A stretch of DNA of 64,000 bases from Candidatus Moraniibacteriota bacterium (GTDB lineage: Bacteria; Patescibacteriota; Minisyncoccia; Moranbacterales; UBA1568): assembly GCA_030648835.1 (NCBI GenBank), contig JAUSGT010000002.1:89665-153664 (forward strand), read 5' to 3'. Each line of letters begins with the position of its first letter. Within the stretch, counting starts at the first letter, position 1. Below, piece after piece: positions 39,649-49,314 of the stretch. The position numbers were made by a program, and so were the translations under genes. The notes beneath the pieces are model-generated. The model was not told the origin of the DNA. It searched no databases and worked only from the letters and a program-made list of their open reading frames with translations.

Positions 39649-40374
39649 ATGTCAGAAGAAATCACATATCCTCTTCGTATCAATCGCTATCTCGCTTTGC
39701 GGGGGTTGGCAACTCGGCGTGGTGCGGATGAGCTCATCGCTTTGGGTCTCGTGAAATTGAATGGCAAGAAAGCCAAGTTGGGAGACCGTATAGAAAGCAC
39801 GGACGTCGTAGAAGTTGTGAAAGACAAAAAGCATAAACCCAAGGACTTTTCTTACATTGTCTATTACAAACCGCGCGGCATCATCACCCATTCTCCACAG
39901 GGAGAGGAACAGTCTATCGGGGACATTTCCGGTTTCCCGGGGCTTTTTCCTCTGGGGCGTCTCGATAAGGCTTCCGAGGGGCTCATCTTGCTTACGGATG
40001 ACGGGAGGGTGACCGATCGGTTGCTTCATCCGCGCTTCGCTCATGAGAAAGAATACCTGGTGACGGTGCGGGAAAAGATTCCTTCTCATGCGAAAATGAT
40101 TCTTTTGAGCGGAGTCGAGAATGAAGAAGAAATGTTGACCGCCAAGAGAATCCAAATTTTGAGTCCCTATACATTGGTTATGGTTTTGACTGAAGGCAAG
40201 CGCCACCAGATCCGGCGGATGCTCGACGCGGTGCATCTGACGGTAGAGAAACTGGTGCGCACGCGGGTTATGGGAGTGCACCTGGGGGCGCTCAAGCCGG
40301 GGCAATCACGAATATTGAAAGGCGCCGCGCGCGCGTCTTTCTTGAAGAGTATCGATCTCAAGGAGAATATTTAA
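39649..40374 (+). CDS. RsuA/RluB-family pseudouridine synthase
   Basis: S4 domain, KPRG, GRLDKASEGL, EGKRHQIRRM. Confidence 0.93.
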   Translation: MSEEITYPLRINRYLALRGLATRRGADELIALGLVKLNGKKAKLGDRIESTDVVEVVKDKKHKPKDFSYIVYYKPRGIITHSPQGEEQSIGDISGFPGLFPLGRLDKASEGLILLTDDGRVTDRLLHPRFAHEKEYLVTVREKIPSHAKMILLSGVENEEEMLTAKRIQILSPYTLVMVLTEGKRHQIRRMLDAVHLTVEKLVRTRVMGVHLGALKPGQSRILKGAARASFLKSIDLKENI

Positions 40375-40486
40375 TCCTGGGGGTTGATTTTTTCTTAAAA
40401 CCGTGCTATAATGGATGTAGAACTAAAGAAACGGGTGCCGGATGGGTGCCCGTTTTTTCTTTTATCTAAAGCTTTTTATCGGATGT

Positions 40487-41110
40487 ATGGCAAAAAAAAT
40501 ATCCAAAATTGCACTGTTGAAACTGGTCAATCCACCTCCAAATCTGGTGGCTTTGCAGCTGTCTTCTCGCGTTTTTTTTGGGACGTTTCTGACACTGTCG
40601 CTTCTCGTCACCGGGCTTCTCTATGGCGCCGCTTTCCGTGTCAGTCATATGGCTATTGTGTCGCCGGTGGCTATAAATCCTCATGCCAAGCTGGAAAGAA
40701 ATGTGCGCAAAGTAGTGGATGGGTATCCGATCGAGAAAATGATACCGTATATTGCCGGACACAAAAAAATAACCGCTGCTTTTCTTGTGGGCATTGCCAA
40801 AAAAGAAAGCAATTGGGGCAAACGTATCCCGCGGAGTGAGGATGGCGCGGATTGTTTCAATTATTGGGGGTACAAAGGGGCGGGGAGTCGCGGCGTGGCT
40901 ATGGGACACGGTTGTTTCGGCAGTCCTGAGGAAGCCATCGAAGTTGTCGGCAATCGGATCGACGCGTTGGTAGATGAATACAAGTTTACTACTCCCGAAG
41001 AACTCATCGTGTGGAAGTGTGGTTGGAACTGCGATGGCCACAGCCCCCAGAGTGTGAAGAAGTGGATCAGCGACGTGAAGTTCTATTTCAACAAAGTCAA
41101 CAGAACCTAA
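40487..41110 (+). CDS. Membrane-anchored lysozyme-like protein
   Basis: GIAKKESNWG..NYWGY. Confidence 0.6.
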   Translation: MAKKISKIALLKLVNPPPNLVALQLSSRVFFGTFLTLSLLVTGLLYGAAFRVSHMAIVSPVAINPHAKLERNVRKVVDGYPIEKMIPYIAGHKKITAAFLVGIAKKESNWGKRIPRSEDGADCFNYWGYKGAGSRGVAMGHGCFGSPEEAIEVVGNRIDALVDEYKFTTPEELIVWKCGWNCDGHSPQSVKKWISDVKFYFNKVNRT

Positions 41111-41162
41111 CATTAAAATAACAAAAACCACCCAACGACTTGCTCAGGGTGGTTTTTTGTTT

Positions 41163-41248
41163 TGGTGCCGAGAGAGAGACTTGAACTCTCATGCTCTTGC
41201 GAGCGCTGGGTCCTAAACCCAGTGTGTCTACCATTCCACCATCTCGGC
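41163..41248 (-). tRNA. tRNA-Leu(TAG)
   Basis: Cloverleaf, CTGGG-TTTAGGA-CCCAG, long variable arm, encoded CCA. Confidence 0.95.
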
Positions 41249-41253
41249 ATTTC

Positions 41254-41601
41254 CTAAACTACCTTGGCTTTTCCTCCGAATAGCCCGAGAAGGCGGGTGA
41301 CTTCTTCCTTGACCGGGCCATCATTTGCATATTCCCCGTGATGACGTGTCCCTTCTCCGTAGGTGTGTTTTTTCTGATCCAAATGGAGGCTGAGTGAGAG
41401 GGAAGTGCCTTTCAAAAGAGTATAGCAGTGGAAGCGAGGATAGCCGGCGCTCGCCAGGACGCGCACGAAGCTCATTTCGCCTCCGCCCGCGACACGCTGC
41501 GCGGCGTTCTTATCAGGTGCTTCCGCATGCTGAAAAGCGTAACCGGCGCCTCGCATAAGCGAAACAGGATTTTCCGTAATGGCTTCAATAAGAATTTTCA
41601 T
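41254..41601 (-). CDS. Conserved hypothetical protein
   Basis: SFVR..GYPRFH..LHLDQK..HHGEY. Confidence 0.7.
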   Translation of the reverse strand: MKILIEAITENPVSLMRGAGYAFQHAEAPDKNAAQRVAGGGEMSFVRVLASAGYPRFHCYTLLKGTSLSLSLHLDQKKHTYGEGTRHHGEYANDGPVKEEVTRLLGLFGGKAKVV

Positions 41602-41608
41602 ATATTGG

Positions 41609-41938
41609 CTATGGTTTTTTCCATTTACCTGCAATCAAATTCATTTTCTTTTGTTTTACCCAACCCTTAATTTGTTTCTCTCGTCTGCGTGTTGTGATAA
41701 GGGACTCGTGAGGTTCATAATATACTAATTTTACTGGACGGCGCATCTTTGTCCATAAAGCTGCTTCACCAGAGTTATGTTCTTTTACGCGGTTTCGTAA
41801 ATCAGCTGTTGAACCACAATAGATACTGGTGTCTTTACAGACGAGTAAATAAACAAAGAATGTCCCTTCGACAGGCTCAGGGCACTCGACTTCTTGTATA
41901 TTATTGATGAACTTAGCCATATCTTGGTCGCAGACCAT
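41609..41938 (-). CDS. GIY-YIG nuclease (small)
   Basis: FVYLL..YCGST..RVKEHN..REKQIK; start uncertain. Confidence 0.88.
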   Translation of the reverse strand: MVCDQDMAKFINNIQEVECPEPVEGTFFVYLLVCKDTSIYCGSTADLRNRVKEHNSGEAALWTKMRRPVKLVYYEPHESLITTRRREKQIKGWVKQKKMNLIAGKWKKP

Positions 41939-41972
41939 GAGCGAACCTGAACCTAAGTGAAGGTGAGTCGAA

Positions 41973-42046
41973 TGGTCGGAGTGCCGGGAATTGAACCCGG
42001 ATTACACGAACCCGAATCGTGCGTAATACCGTTATACCACACTCCG
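41973..42046 (-). tRNA. tRNA-Pro(CGG)
   Basis: CGGAGTG acceptor, CACGA-TTCGGGT-TCGTG, encoded CCA. Confidence 0.95.
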
Positions 42047-42140
42047 TTTTTAACTGAATAACGAATTAAGAATTATGAATCAAAAACTTTCCTTCTTATT
42101 TTTCTCGCGATTCCTAATTCATGATTCTTGATTCATTTGT

Positions 42141-43640
42141 CTACTCTACCCAATGTCTTTTTTTGATCTGCTCCACGTCCTCGGTTCGTTTTTCTTCGAT
42201 TTTTTCTTTGGCGAGTTCCCGCAGAGTTTCGATGGGACTTTCTTTCAGTTCAGCGGCCCTTTTGAGGAGAGTTTCTTTCGTGTTGAGTTTGGAATTTTCG
42301 ATGACTTCAGCGAGGAGTACATCAAGCAGGGCGCCGATGGTTGGTCCAGCCGGGATGCCCAGTTTTTCTATGAGGTCGGTGCCTTTGACTTTGAGCATCT
42401 TTACGGAAACAGCATCCTTCGAAACCTTCTCGATCATATATTCGAGGTGGCGCAACTTGTACGGTTTGCCTTTGGGTACGCCGGAACCCAGTCTATCACC
42501 GATGCGCACCGCCATCAAGTCATCCATATTTTCGAGGCCGACTCGCTTGATAAGGCGCCTGACGGAAGCCTCGGTCACCTCATCGACATTGTAATAGAAG
42601 AGATGGTTGTCGACGAGTAGTGTCGCCTTTTTCACGACTGCCTTGGAAAAACGCAGGCGGGTAAGTATTTTTTCCGTTATACGGGCGCCGATATGATCAT
42701 GGTTGTAGAAAGTGGAATTGTAGCCTTCTCCCTTTTTGGCTTGGGGTTTGCCAACATCATGAAGGAGCGCGGCGAGACGTGTCTCGAGCTTTGTGGATGG
42801 GCAGGTCGCGAGAGCGCGCAGATTGTGTTCCCAAACCGTGTAAATATGGTGGAGGTTTTGAGTGACGCCGATACCCAGTTCCAGTTCGGGCAAGATGAAA
42901 TGGAGGAGTCCGGTTGTCTCAAGCATCTCGATGCCTTCTTTTGGGCTGGCGGAGAGAATGATTTTGGAAAGTTCATCGCGGATGCGTTCTTGGGAAATAT
43001 GAGCGAGATTGCCCGCCAGTTTTTGGATTGTCACAAAGGTTTTCTCCTCGATATGCCAGCTGTGGGTCGGCTTGGTGACCTTCGGATCGCGCAGTTCGGC
43101 GAAGAAGCGCACGGCGCGCATCAGTCGCAAGGCATCTTCTTCAAAACGCTCTTCCGGATCACCGACGGTACGGATGATTTTTTTCTCGACGTCTTCTACC
43201 CCGTCAAACGGATCGACGAGCTCCCACTGAGTAGTTTTTTTCGGACCATACGCGATGGCATTGATGGTAAAATCACGTCGGGCCAGATCTTCCTCAAGCG
43301 ACTTTGTGAACAGGACTTTTTTGGGACGACGTTTGTCCGTGTATTCGGATTCGATGCGGTAGGTAGTGACTTCGATAATATCATTCTCGTGAGTGGGATC
43401 GGTGGTTGCGCTAAAGCGCGGCACTTTTACGCCGACGGTGCCAAAATCATTTTCGTAAAAACTGTCGGGAAAGAGTTTGAGAACTTTCTCCGGGGTGGCA
43501 TCGGTAGTGATATCCCAGTCTTTGGGCTCACGTTCCAGAATGAGGTCGCGCACGCACCCGCCCACCACAAATGCCTCAAATTGAGCCTTATTCAAGGTTT
43601 CGATGATATCCTGAACCGGTTGTGGAATCTTCTTGATCAT
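42141..43640 (-). CDS. cca: CCA-adding tRNA nucleotidyltransferase with HD domain
   Basis: VGGCVRD, DWD, RRDFTINA, EDALRLMR, LLHDVGK. Confidence 0.92.
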   Translation of the reverse strand: MIKKIPQPVQDIIETLNKAQFEAFVVGGCVRDLILEREPKDWDITTDATPEKVLKLFPDSFYENDFGTVGVKVPRFSATTDPTHENDIIEVTTYRIESEYTDKRRPKKVLFTKSLEEDLARRDFTINAIAYGPKKTTQWELVDPFDGVEDVEKKIIRTVGDPEERFEEDALRLMRAVRFFAELRDPKVTKPTHSWHIEEKTFVTIQKLAGNLAHISQERIRDELSKIILSASPKEGIEMLETTGLLHFILPELELGIGVTQNLHHIYTVWEHNLRALATCPSTKLETRLAALLHDVGKPQAKKGEGYNSTFYNHDHIGARITEKILTRLRFSKAVVKKATLLVDNHLFYYNVDEVTEASVRRLIKRVGLENMDDLMAVRIGDRLGSGVPKGKPYKLRHLEYMIEKVSKDAVSVKMLKVKGTDLIEKLGIPAGPTIGALLDVLLAEVIENSKLNTKETLLKRAAELKESPIETLRELAKEKIEEKRTEDVEQIKKRHWVE

Positions 43641-43735
43641 AGTGCTTTAAGCATAGCGACAAATTGTCGTTTTGCCTATAGATGTAACTAAAACAGCGGT
43701 TGAACCGCTGTTTTTCATAATTCACAATTCATTTC

Positions 43736-45526
43736 TTAGAGGCTGCGTTTTTTGGCTTCTTCTTTGTAGCAGATGAGGGTGTCGCCGACGACGATTTTGA
43801 AAGCGCCTTCGAAGACGACACCGCATTCGTTGCCCTGGCCGACTTCATCGGCATTGGCTTTGTTGCGTTGGAGGTTCTGCATTTTTCCCGCTCCCACGAT
43901 CTCATCGCCGCGTTTGATTTCCAGCATCGAGCCGCGGAGCATCTTGCCTTCGGCGACACGTCCGCCGACGATCATATCGTGCTTACCGGTTTTGAAGATG
44001 GCCAAGACCGAAAGCCGGCCATAATCCGTGCGGACGATTTCCGGCGCGAGCATGGCAGTCAATTTTTCTTTGACGGCTTCGACGAGTTTGTAAATGATAT
44101 TGTAGGTCTCGATAACAACACCGCTCTTGTCGGCCATACGTTTGGCGACCGGAGTAGGGGTGCTATTGAAACCGAGAACAAGAGCCCCGGCACTTTCCGC
44201 GATTTTGATATCCGATTCGGTAATGGCGCCGACACCTGAGGAAATAATATTGAGCGCGACTTCGTCGGACTGGATAGTGAAGAGAATTTGCTCGATGGCT
44301 TCAAGCGATCCTTGGACGTCAGCCTTCAGGATGATCTCCAGTTTTTTCTTCTCGCTGTCTTCGTCTTGAATCTTGGTCAGTTTTTTTGCCACCGCTTCTT
44401 TGGATTTTGTACGAGCGAGACTTTTTCCACTGACTACTTGGACAATGTCATTTACCTGAGGCGCAACATTGAATCCGTATATCGTGGCGGGGACGGACGG
44501 CTCGGCATGTTCAATATTTTTCCCGCTCCAATCTTCGATACGGCGGATACGGCCGAAAGCGGTCCCGGCCACGATGTCTTGACCGACTTTGAGGGTGCCG
44601 GTACGCACCAACGCAGTCGCCACCGGACCTTTTTGCGGGTCGAGGTGGGATTCGAGGATAATGGCAAACCCATCGCGTTTGTTATCGGCACGAAAATCTT
44701 CCACTTCGGCGATGAGGAGGATACTATCGAGGAGTTTATCGATATTGATATTTCCTTTGGCGCTGATTTCATTGCACATGGTGTCGCCGCCCCATTCTTC
44801 GAAAAGAATACCGTGTTCGGCAAGTTCCTGTTTTACGCGTTCCGGTTTGGCATCGGGCTTGTCGATTTTGTTGATGGCCACGATGACCGGAAGTTTGTAT
44901 TCTTTCAAATATTCGATGACTTCTTTCGTCTGAGGGCGCACTCCATCATCGGCGGCCACGACCAGGATGGCGATGTCGGCGATCGAAAGCCCGCGTTTGC
45001 GCATCGCGGCAAAAGCTTCATGTCCCGGTGTATCGACGAAGGTGATGAGTTGCTTGTGCTTCTTTACCTGGTAGGCGCTGATATGCTGGGTGATGCCACC
45101 CGCTTCGCCCGCGGCCACATTGGTCTTGCGTATCGTATCGAGAAGCGTTGTCTTGCCATGATCGACATGACCAAGGATGGTGACGATGGGCGGACGGGGC
45201 GAAAGGTTCTTCCCGGAATTTTTTTCTTCAGCCAGGAGTTTGCCTAAACTTTCTATGGTGAATTGTCCGGCGGCGACAGCTTCTTCGGCAGGCGCGGTCT
45301 CGAAGCCGAGGTCCTGGGCGATGATGCTCGCGGTATCAAAATCAATTTCTTCGTTGATGGTGGCGAGGATATTGTTTTTCATCAGTTCGGTGATGATAGC
45401 TGCGACCGGCAAGCGCAAAATCTCGCTCAATTTTTTGACCGTGACGGAAGAGGGGAGAGAGACCTGTTTCGCGGGTTCTTTGGGGACCTCTTTGGGAGTT
45501 TCAATTACGGGTTCGATTGGGGACAT
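43736..45526 (-). CDS. infB: Translation initiation factor IF-2
   Basis: [38 protein letters not shown]. Confidence 0.97.
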   Translation of the reverse strand: MSPIEPVIETPKEVPKEPAKQVSLPSSVTVKKLSEILRLPVAAIITELMKNNILATINEEIDFDTASIIAQDLGFETAPAEEAVAAGQFTIESLGKLLAEEKNSGKNLSPRPPIVTILGHVDHGKTTLLDTIRKTNVAAGEAGGITQHISAYQVKKHKQLITFVDTPGHEAFAAMRKRGLSIADIAILVVAADDGVRPQTKEVIEYLKEYKLPVIVAINKIDKPDAKPERVKQELAEHGILFEEWGGDTMCNEISAKGNINIDKLLDSILLIAEVEDFRADNKRDGFAIILESHLDPQKGPVATALVRTGTLKVGQDIVAGTAFGRIRRIEDWSGKNIEHAEPSVPATIYGFNVAPQVNDIVQVVSGKSLARTKSKEAVAKKLTKIQDEDSEKKKLEIILKADVQGSLEAIEQILFTIQSDEVALNIISSGVGAITESDIKIAESAGALVLGFNSTPTPVAKRMADKSGVVIETYNIIYKLVEAVKEKLTAMLAPEIVRTDYGRLSVLAIFKTGKHDMIVGGRVAEGKMLRGSMLEIKRGDEIVGAGKMQNLQRNKANADEVGQGNECGVVFEGAFKIVVGDTLICYKEEAKKRSL

Positions 45527-45529
45527 AGT

Positions 45530-46048
45530 TTATACGGTAGGGGGTTTTCCTTGAATGGCTTGAGTGATGGTGGTTTTTTCTTCTTCGGTAAGAGGAAAAT
45601 TGTTTTCCTGTCCGAGGACTACCGGTTTGGAGTAGACACGTGTGCCTTCACGGGTGTGGAGGGAGGTAATCACTACTCCGGAATTTTTCCCGTCGAGGAG
45701 TGCGACACAGAAACTCTGATTGCCACCGACCTCTTTGAATGGGTTGAAGCGCATAACGGCTGTTTTGTGAATGCTCTTCATCCCGAGTTCGCGCAGACGA
45801 TTGGAAATTTCAAAGAGTTCCTGGATTTCTTGATCCAATTCTTTGGTTTCCTGCAATTGGTCGAGAAGAACTTTTTCCAAATCCTTGGCCTCTTTGCCGG
45901 AAAAAAAAGTGTGTAATTTCTTTTTCAAGCGCCTGTTTTGTATCCACAGGAGAATGACGACGAAGAGCAGAATGATCTCACCGCCAAGGAGGGCAGCCAG
46001 GCTTCCGTACACGAAAAGCGGAGAAATGGCTTGGATAAAACCAAACAT
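45530..46048 (-). CDS. DUF4446-like protein
   Basis: RFNPF..GGNQSF..ALLD..YSKP. Confidence 0.8.
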   Translation of the reverse strand: MFGFIQAISPLFVYGSLAALLGGEIILLFVVILLWIQNRRLKKKLHTFFSGKEAKDLEKVLLDQLQETKELDQEIQELFEISNRLRELGMKSIHKTAVMRFNPFKEVGGNQSFCVALLDGKNSGVVITSLHTREGTRVYSKPVVLGQENNFPLTEEEKTTITQAIQGKPPTV

Positions 46049-46159
46049 ACGACCGAATAATTAGTCTTCTCGCTTACGGTATCACGATTTTGGCTCGGTG
46101 TAAACTCTGAATGCCTATTATGGGATGAAGCAATCGTTTCTTCGTTTGGCGTACGATCT

Positions 46160-46498
46160 TCAGGCAGATCGGGAGAGGATTATCAAAGAGATTATGGCAA
46201 GGGTGATGCCAAATATCTCCAGAGAGTTTATTTTTTCTTGAAAGTAAAATACCCCTACTAAAGTTAAAACGATTATGCAGCTAACGCCATAGAGAACACC
46301 GAGAGTTGAAAGCTTTACGCTTCTCATCACAAAGAACCAGCCAAATGCAGTCATCCCGTAGATTATAGCGCCGAGCACAAGTGTTTTCCAGCCTGAAAAG
46401 GCACTTTGCAACGAAGCGTGCTTTATGAGAGCGTCGGCAAAAACGGTGATGATGCTGAGTCCTATGCCGATTAGAAAAGCAACCAATATGGGGTTCAT
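46160..46498 (-). CDS. SMR/DMT-like 4-TM transporter
   Basis: Four TMs, FQEKI; start placed after tRNA-Ser. Confidence 0.75.
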   Translation of the reverse strand: MNPILVAFLIGIGLSIITVFADALIKHASLQSAFSGWKTLVLGAIIYGMTAFGWFFVMRSVKLSTLGVLYGVSCIIVLTLVGVFYFQEKINSLEIFGITLAIISLIILSRSA

Positions 46499-46554
46499 GA
46501 CGAATGCGTTTAATAAGAGATTTTCTTGGTTCGGAAATCCTTTTCGAAAAATTG

Positions 46555-46641
46555 CGGAGATGGGAGGATTCGAACCTCCGATACGGTTTCCCGTATGGCA
46601 GTTTTCGAAACTGCTGCCTTCAACCACTCGGCCACATCTCC
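46555..46641 (-). tRNA. tRNA-Ser(CGA)
   Basis: GGAGATG acceptor, GCAGT-TTCGAAA-ACTGC, long variable arm; CCA not encoded. Confidence 0.95.
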
Positions 46642-46645
46642 GTAA

Positions 46646-46909
46646 CTACTCAGTACTTTTTCTAAGAATGCCCTTCAGTAACCATTGTATTCGTTCACGA
46701 CCCTTTCCGCTTTTCAAAAACTTTTCTTCTCTGGTTGCATCTTCTTTATTTGAAAATGCTTCATAATATACCAACTTCCATGGAATCAAGTTTTTTGTAA
46801 ACGGAACCGCCCCACTGTTATGTTCTTTCAGCCTTCTTTTTAAATCATTTGTTACACCTTTGTACAATCTCTCATTCTTTTTACTTTGCAAAATATAAAC
46901 GTAATGCAT
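46646..46909 (-). CDS. GIY-YIG nuclease (small)
   Basis: YVYILQS..YKGVTNDLKRRLKEHN..EKFLKSGKGR. Confidence 0.92.
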   Translation of the reverse strand: MHYVYILQSKKNERLYKGVTNDLKRRLKEHNSGAVPFTKNLIPWKLVYYEAFSNKEDATREEKFLKSGKGRERIQWLLKGILRKSTE

Positions 46910-46920
46910 ATGGTTTTATA

Positions 46921-46970
46921 AACCACTCTCCGCCCAAGGCGGACCAGCCTCGGGCTGGGGCCACATCTCC
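46921..46970 (-). repeat. Duplicate of tRNA-Ser 5' 20 nt with 30 bp double-hairpin insert
   Basis: AACCACTC + insert + GGCCACATCTCC matches 46622-46641. Confidence 0.8.
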
Positions 46971-47098
46971 TTTGTTCCTCGTTCTTCAGTTGTACAGGAA
47001 AATACCGGTTGAATCAACCCTGCCAGCTTTTATTTCGAGTCTTTTTGGTGTACAATGAGAGCGTAGTCAAAGCAAAAGAAAAATTAAATTTTCATACT

Positions 47099-47644
47099 AT
47101 GAGTACACCGCTCGCGCTCACTTTCGCCGATCCGTCCGCTATCGTGAATCAGCTTGAGATTGAACCGGGAAGCAAAGTCGCCGATTTCGGTTGTGGTTCG
47201 GGGTTCTTTTCCTTTGAATTTGCAAAACAAGTCGGTGCGGAAGGAACAGTCTACGCTCTCGACGTGTTGCCTTCGGCCTTGGAGGCGGTCGCCAGTCGCG
47301 CCAAAATTCTTAACCTCTCGAATATTGTTACCAAGCAGGTCAACCTTGAGCGGGAGAATGGATCTTCACTTGCTCCGCAAAGCATAGATTGGGTAGTGAT
47401 CAAAGACATCCTTTTTCAGAACAAAAGCAAAGATGTGATATTGCGTGAAGTATCGCGCGTTTTGAAGCAGGGCGGGCACGCTATTCTTATGGAATGGAGT
47501 CCCACGGAAACGCTGGTTGGGCCGGATAAGAAACTCCGCATAAGTCCGGAGCAATTGCGCATGTTGGTAGAGGCGGCTCACTTGGCCGTAGAGAAGGAGC
47601 TCAATGTCGGGGGATTTCATTATGCTTTTTTGGTGAAGAAATAG
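47099..47644 (+). CDS. Class I SAM-dependent methyltransferase
   Basis: VADFGCGSG, VYALD, RVLKQGG. Confidence 0.9.
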   Translation: MSTPLALTFADPSAIVNQLEIEPGSKVADFGCGSGFFSFEFAKQVGAEGTVYALDVLPSALEAVASRAKILNLSNIVTKQVNLERENGSSLAPQSIDWVVIKDILFQNKSKDVILREVSRVLKQGGHAILMEWSPTETLVGPDKKLRISPEQLRMLVEAAHLAVEKELNVGGFHYAFLVKK

Positions 47645-47645
47645 T

Positions 47646-49043
47646 ATGCGATTTTTTTCAAAAAAGAAATTTTTTTCTTTGGCGGCCATTATGCTCAGCG
47701 GGCTGCTTTTTTCCGGCTGTGGTTTCAAGAGTACCCCAACTGAAGTCTATAGAGTCAAACTGGAAGTGTGGGGAATCCTCGACAGTGACGCCTATACGGG
47801 ATTATTTGCTGAATACCGAAAAATCAATCCGTATGTCGGTGAAATCAATTATCGCAAGCTTCCGATAGAAACATACAAAGAGGATCTTTTGAACGCTCTG
47901 GCGGCAGGCAATGGGCCGGATATTTTTATGCTCCGCAATGCCTGGCGAGGCGCGTTTGAGGACAAGATTGTCCCTATGCCAAATTCCGCAGGGACTGAAA
48001 AACTCTATCGAGATTCATTCGTCGATGTGGTGGCATCGGATTTTATCAAGGACGGCAAGATATATGCCGCACCGCTCTCCGTTGATTCGTTGGCGTTGTA
48101 TTACAATAAGGATCTTTTCAATGCGGCAGGAATCGCGAATCCTCCAGCTACCTGGGAAGAGCTTTTGGGTGATGTCCGTAAACTCAATCGTATCAATCAG
48201 TTTGGGGTTATCGATCAATCCGCTATTGCGTTGGGGACATCAAAAAATATCAACCGTTCCACAGACGTTCTGACGGTACTTATGTTTCAGATGGGCTCTG
48301 ATATGAATCAGACGCAGGGGTCGGCGAGAATTGCCGATGAGAATAGCCGCAAGGCTTTGGAGTTTTACACGCAGTTTGCGAATATCAGTTCCGGTTTCTA
48401 CTCTTGGAATCCACGGTTACACTATTCTATCGACGCGTTCTATGAAAATACGCTCGGAATGATGATAAATTATTCTTGGAAATACGCGGAAATCAAGCAG
48501 AAAAATGCCAAACTGAATTTTGGTACGGCGCCACTGCCGCAATTTTCCGGTACCACGCCGGTCAATTTCCCCAATTACTGGGGTTTTGCGGTTGCCGAAA
48601 ACAAGATGACGGAGGTGGATCCTTCTGCCCCAGCTGGGGTACCAGCACCAGACCTCAAAAAACAGAATTATTTGCGTGTTCATGAAGCTTGGCAACTTAT
48701 CAATTATATGACTCTCCCTCATCCGGATAAAACGATAACGTTGCAAAATGGTATTACCGGTATGACCAAGAGTTTTTCTTTGAGCTTCGATCCGGCGAAG
48801 AAATATTTGGAAACAACAAACCAGCCAGCAGCGCGCCGGGATCTTATCGAGTGGCAGAAAAACAATGTGATTTTGGCGCCTTTTGCGACGGGCAATCTTA
48901 TCGCGAAGAATTGGTATCAGGGCAACCCGGAAGCGGTGGAAACTATATTTTCCGAGATGATTGATTCCGTGAATAACAAACAACAAGGCGCCTATGAGGC
49001 TTTAAACGCCGCGGCCAATCGTGTCAATTTGGTGGGGTACTAG
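47646..49043 (+). CDS. Extracellular solute-binding lipoprotein
   Basis: Lipobox FSGC, GPDIF, LYYNKDLF, PPATWEE. Confidence 0.88.
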   Translation: MRFFSKKKFFSLAAIMLSGLLFSGCGFKSTPTEVYRVKLEVWGILDSDAYTGLFAEYRKINPYVGEINYRKLPIETYKEDLLNALAAGNGPDIFMLRNAWRGAFEDKIVPMPNSAGTEKLYRDSFVDVVASDFIKDGKIYAAPLSVDSLALYYNKDLFNAAGIANPPATWEELLGDVRKLNRINQFGVIDQSAIALGTSKNINRSTDVLTVLMFQMGSDMNQTQGSARIADENSRKALEFYTQFANISSGFYSWNPRLHYSIDAFYENTLGMMINYSWKYAEIKQKNAKLNFGTAPLPQFSGTTPVNFPNYWGFAVAENKMTEVDPSAPAGVPAPDLKKQNYLRVHEAWQLINYMTLPHPDKTITLQNGITGMTKSFSLSFDPAKKYLETTNQPAARRDLIEWQKNNVILAPFATGNLIAKNWYQGNPEAVETIFSEMIDSVNNKQQGAYEALNAAANRVNLVGY

Positions 49044-49106
49044 TCCGATTTTCCCGTGAGACTGGACAGAAGTTGGATAATAGGTTACAATTTCTTAATG
49101 TTTCTC

Positions 49107-49269
49107 AGGGCCTGTCTAAAAAGTCTCTTTCGTTGCGAAAATTCGAAATTCCGAGCGAAAAATGTACAGATTGAGGAAGGCTATATGGAATATAACCTGA
49201 CGAGATATGGACGTTTTGCAGCCGGAATTTCGTATTTGTAGCAGAATATGGACTTTTTGGACAGGCTCT
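49107..49269. mobile_element. MITE-like element (~163 bp)
   Basis: TIRs AGGGCCTGTCTAAAAAGTC / GACTTTTTGGACAGGCTCT (17/19); internal CGAAATTCCG/CGGAATTTCG. Confidence 0.65.
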
Positions 49270-49314
49270 AGGTGCTTTCGAGCCTTTTTTCAGTGGGATT
49301 CATCTTTTTAATTT

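Noticed and set aside
46499-46627. N-terminal extension of ORF 46160-46627
   Set aside because: Overlaps tRNA-Ser; the likely start is 46498
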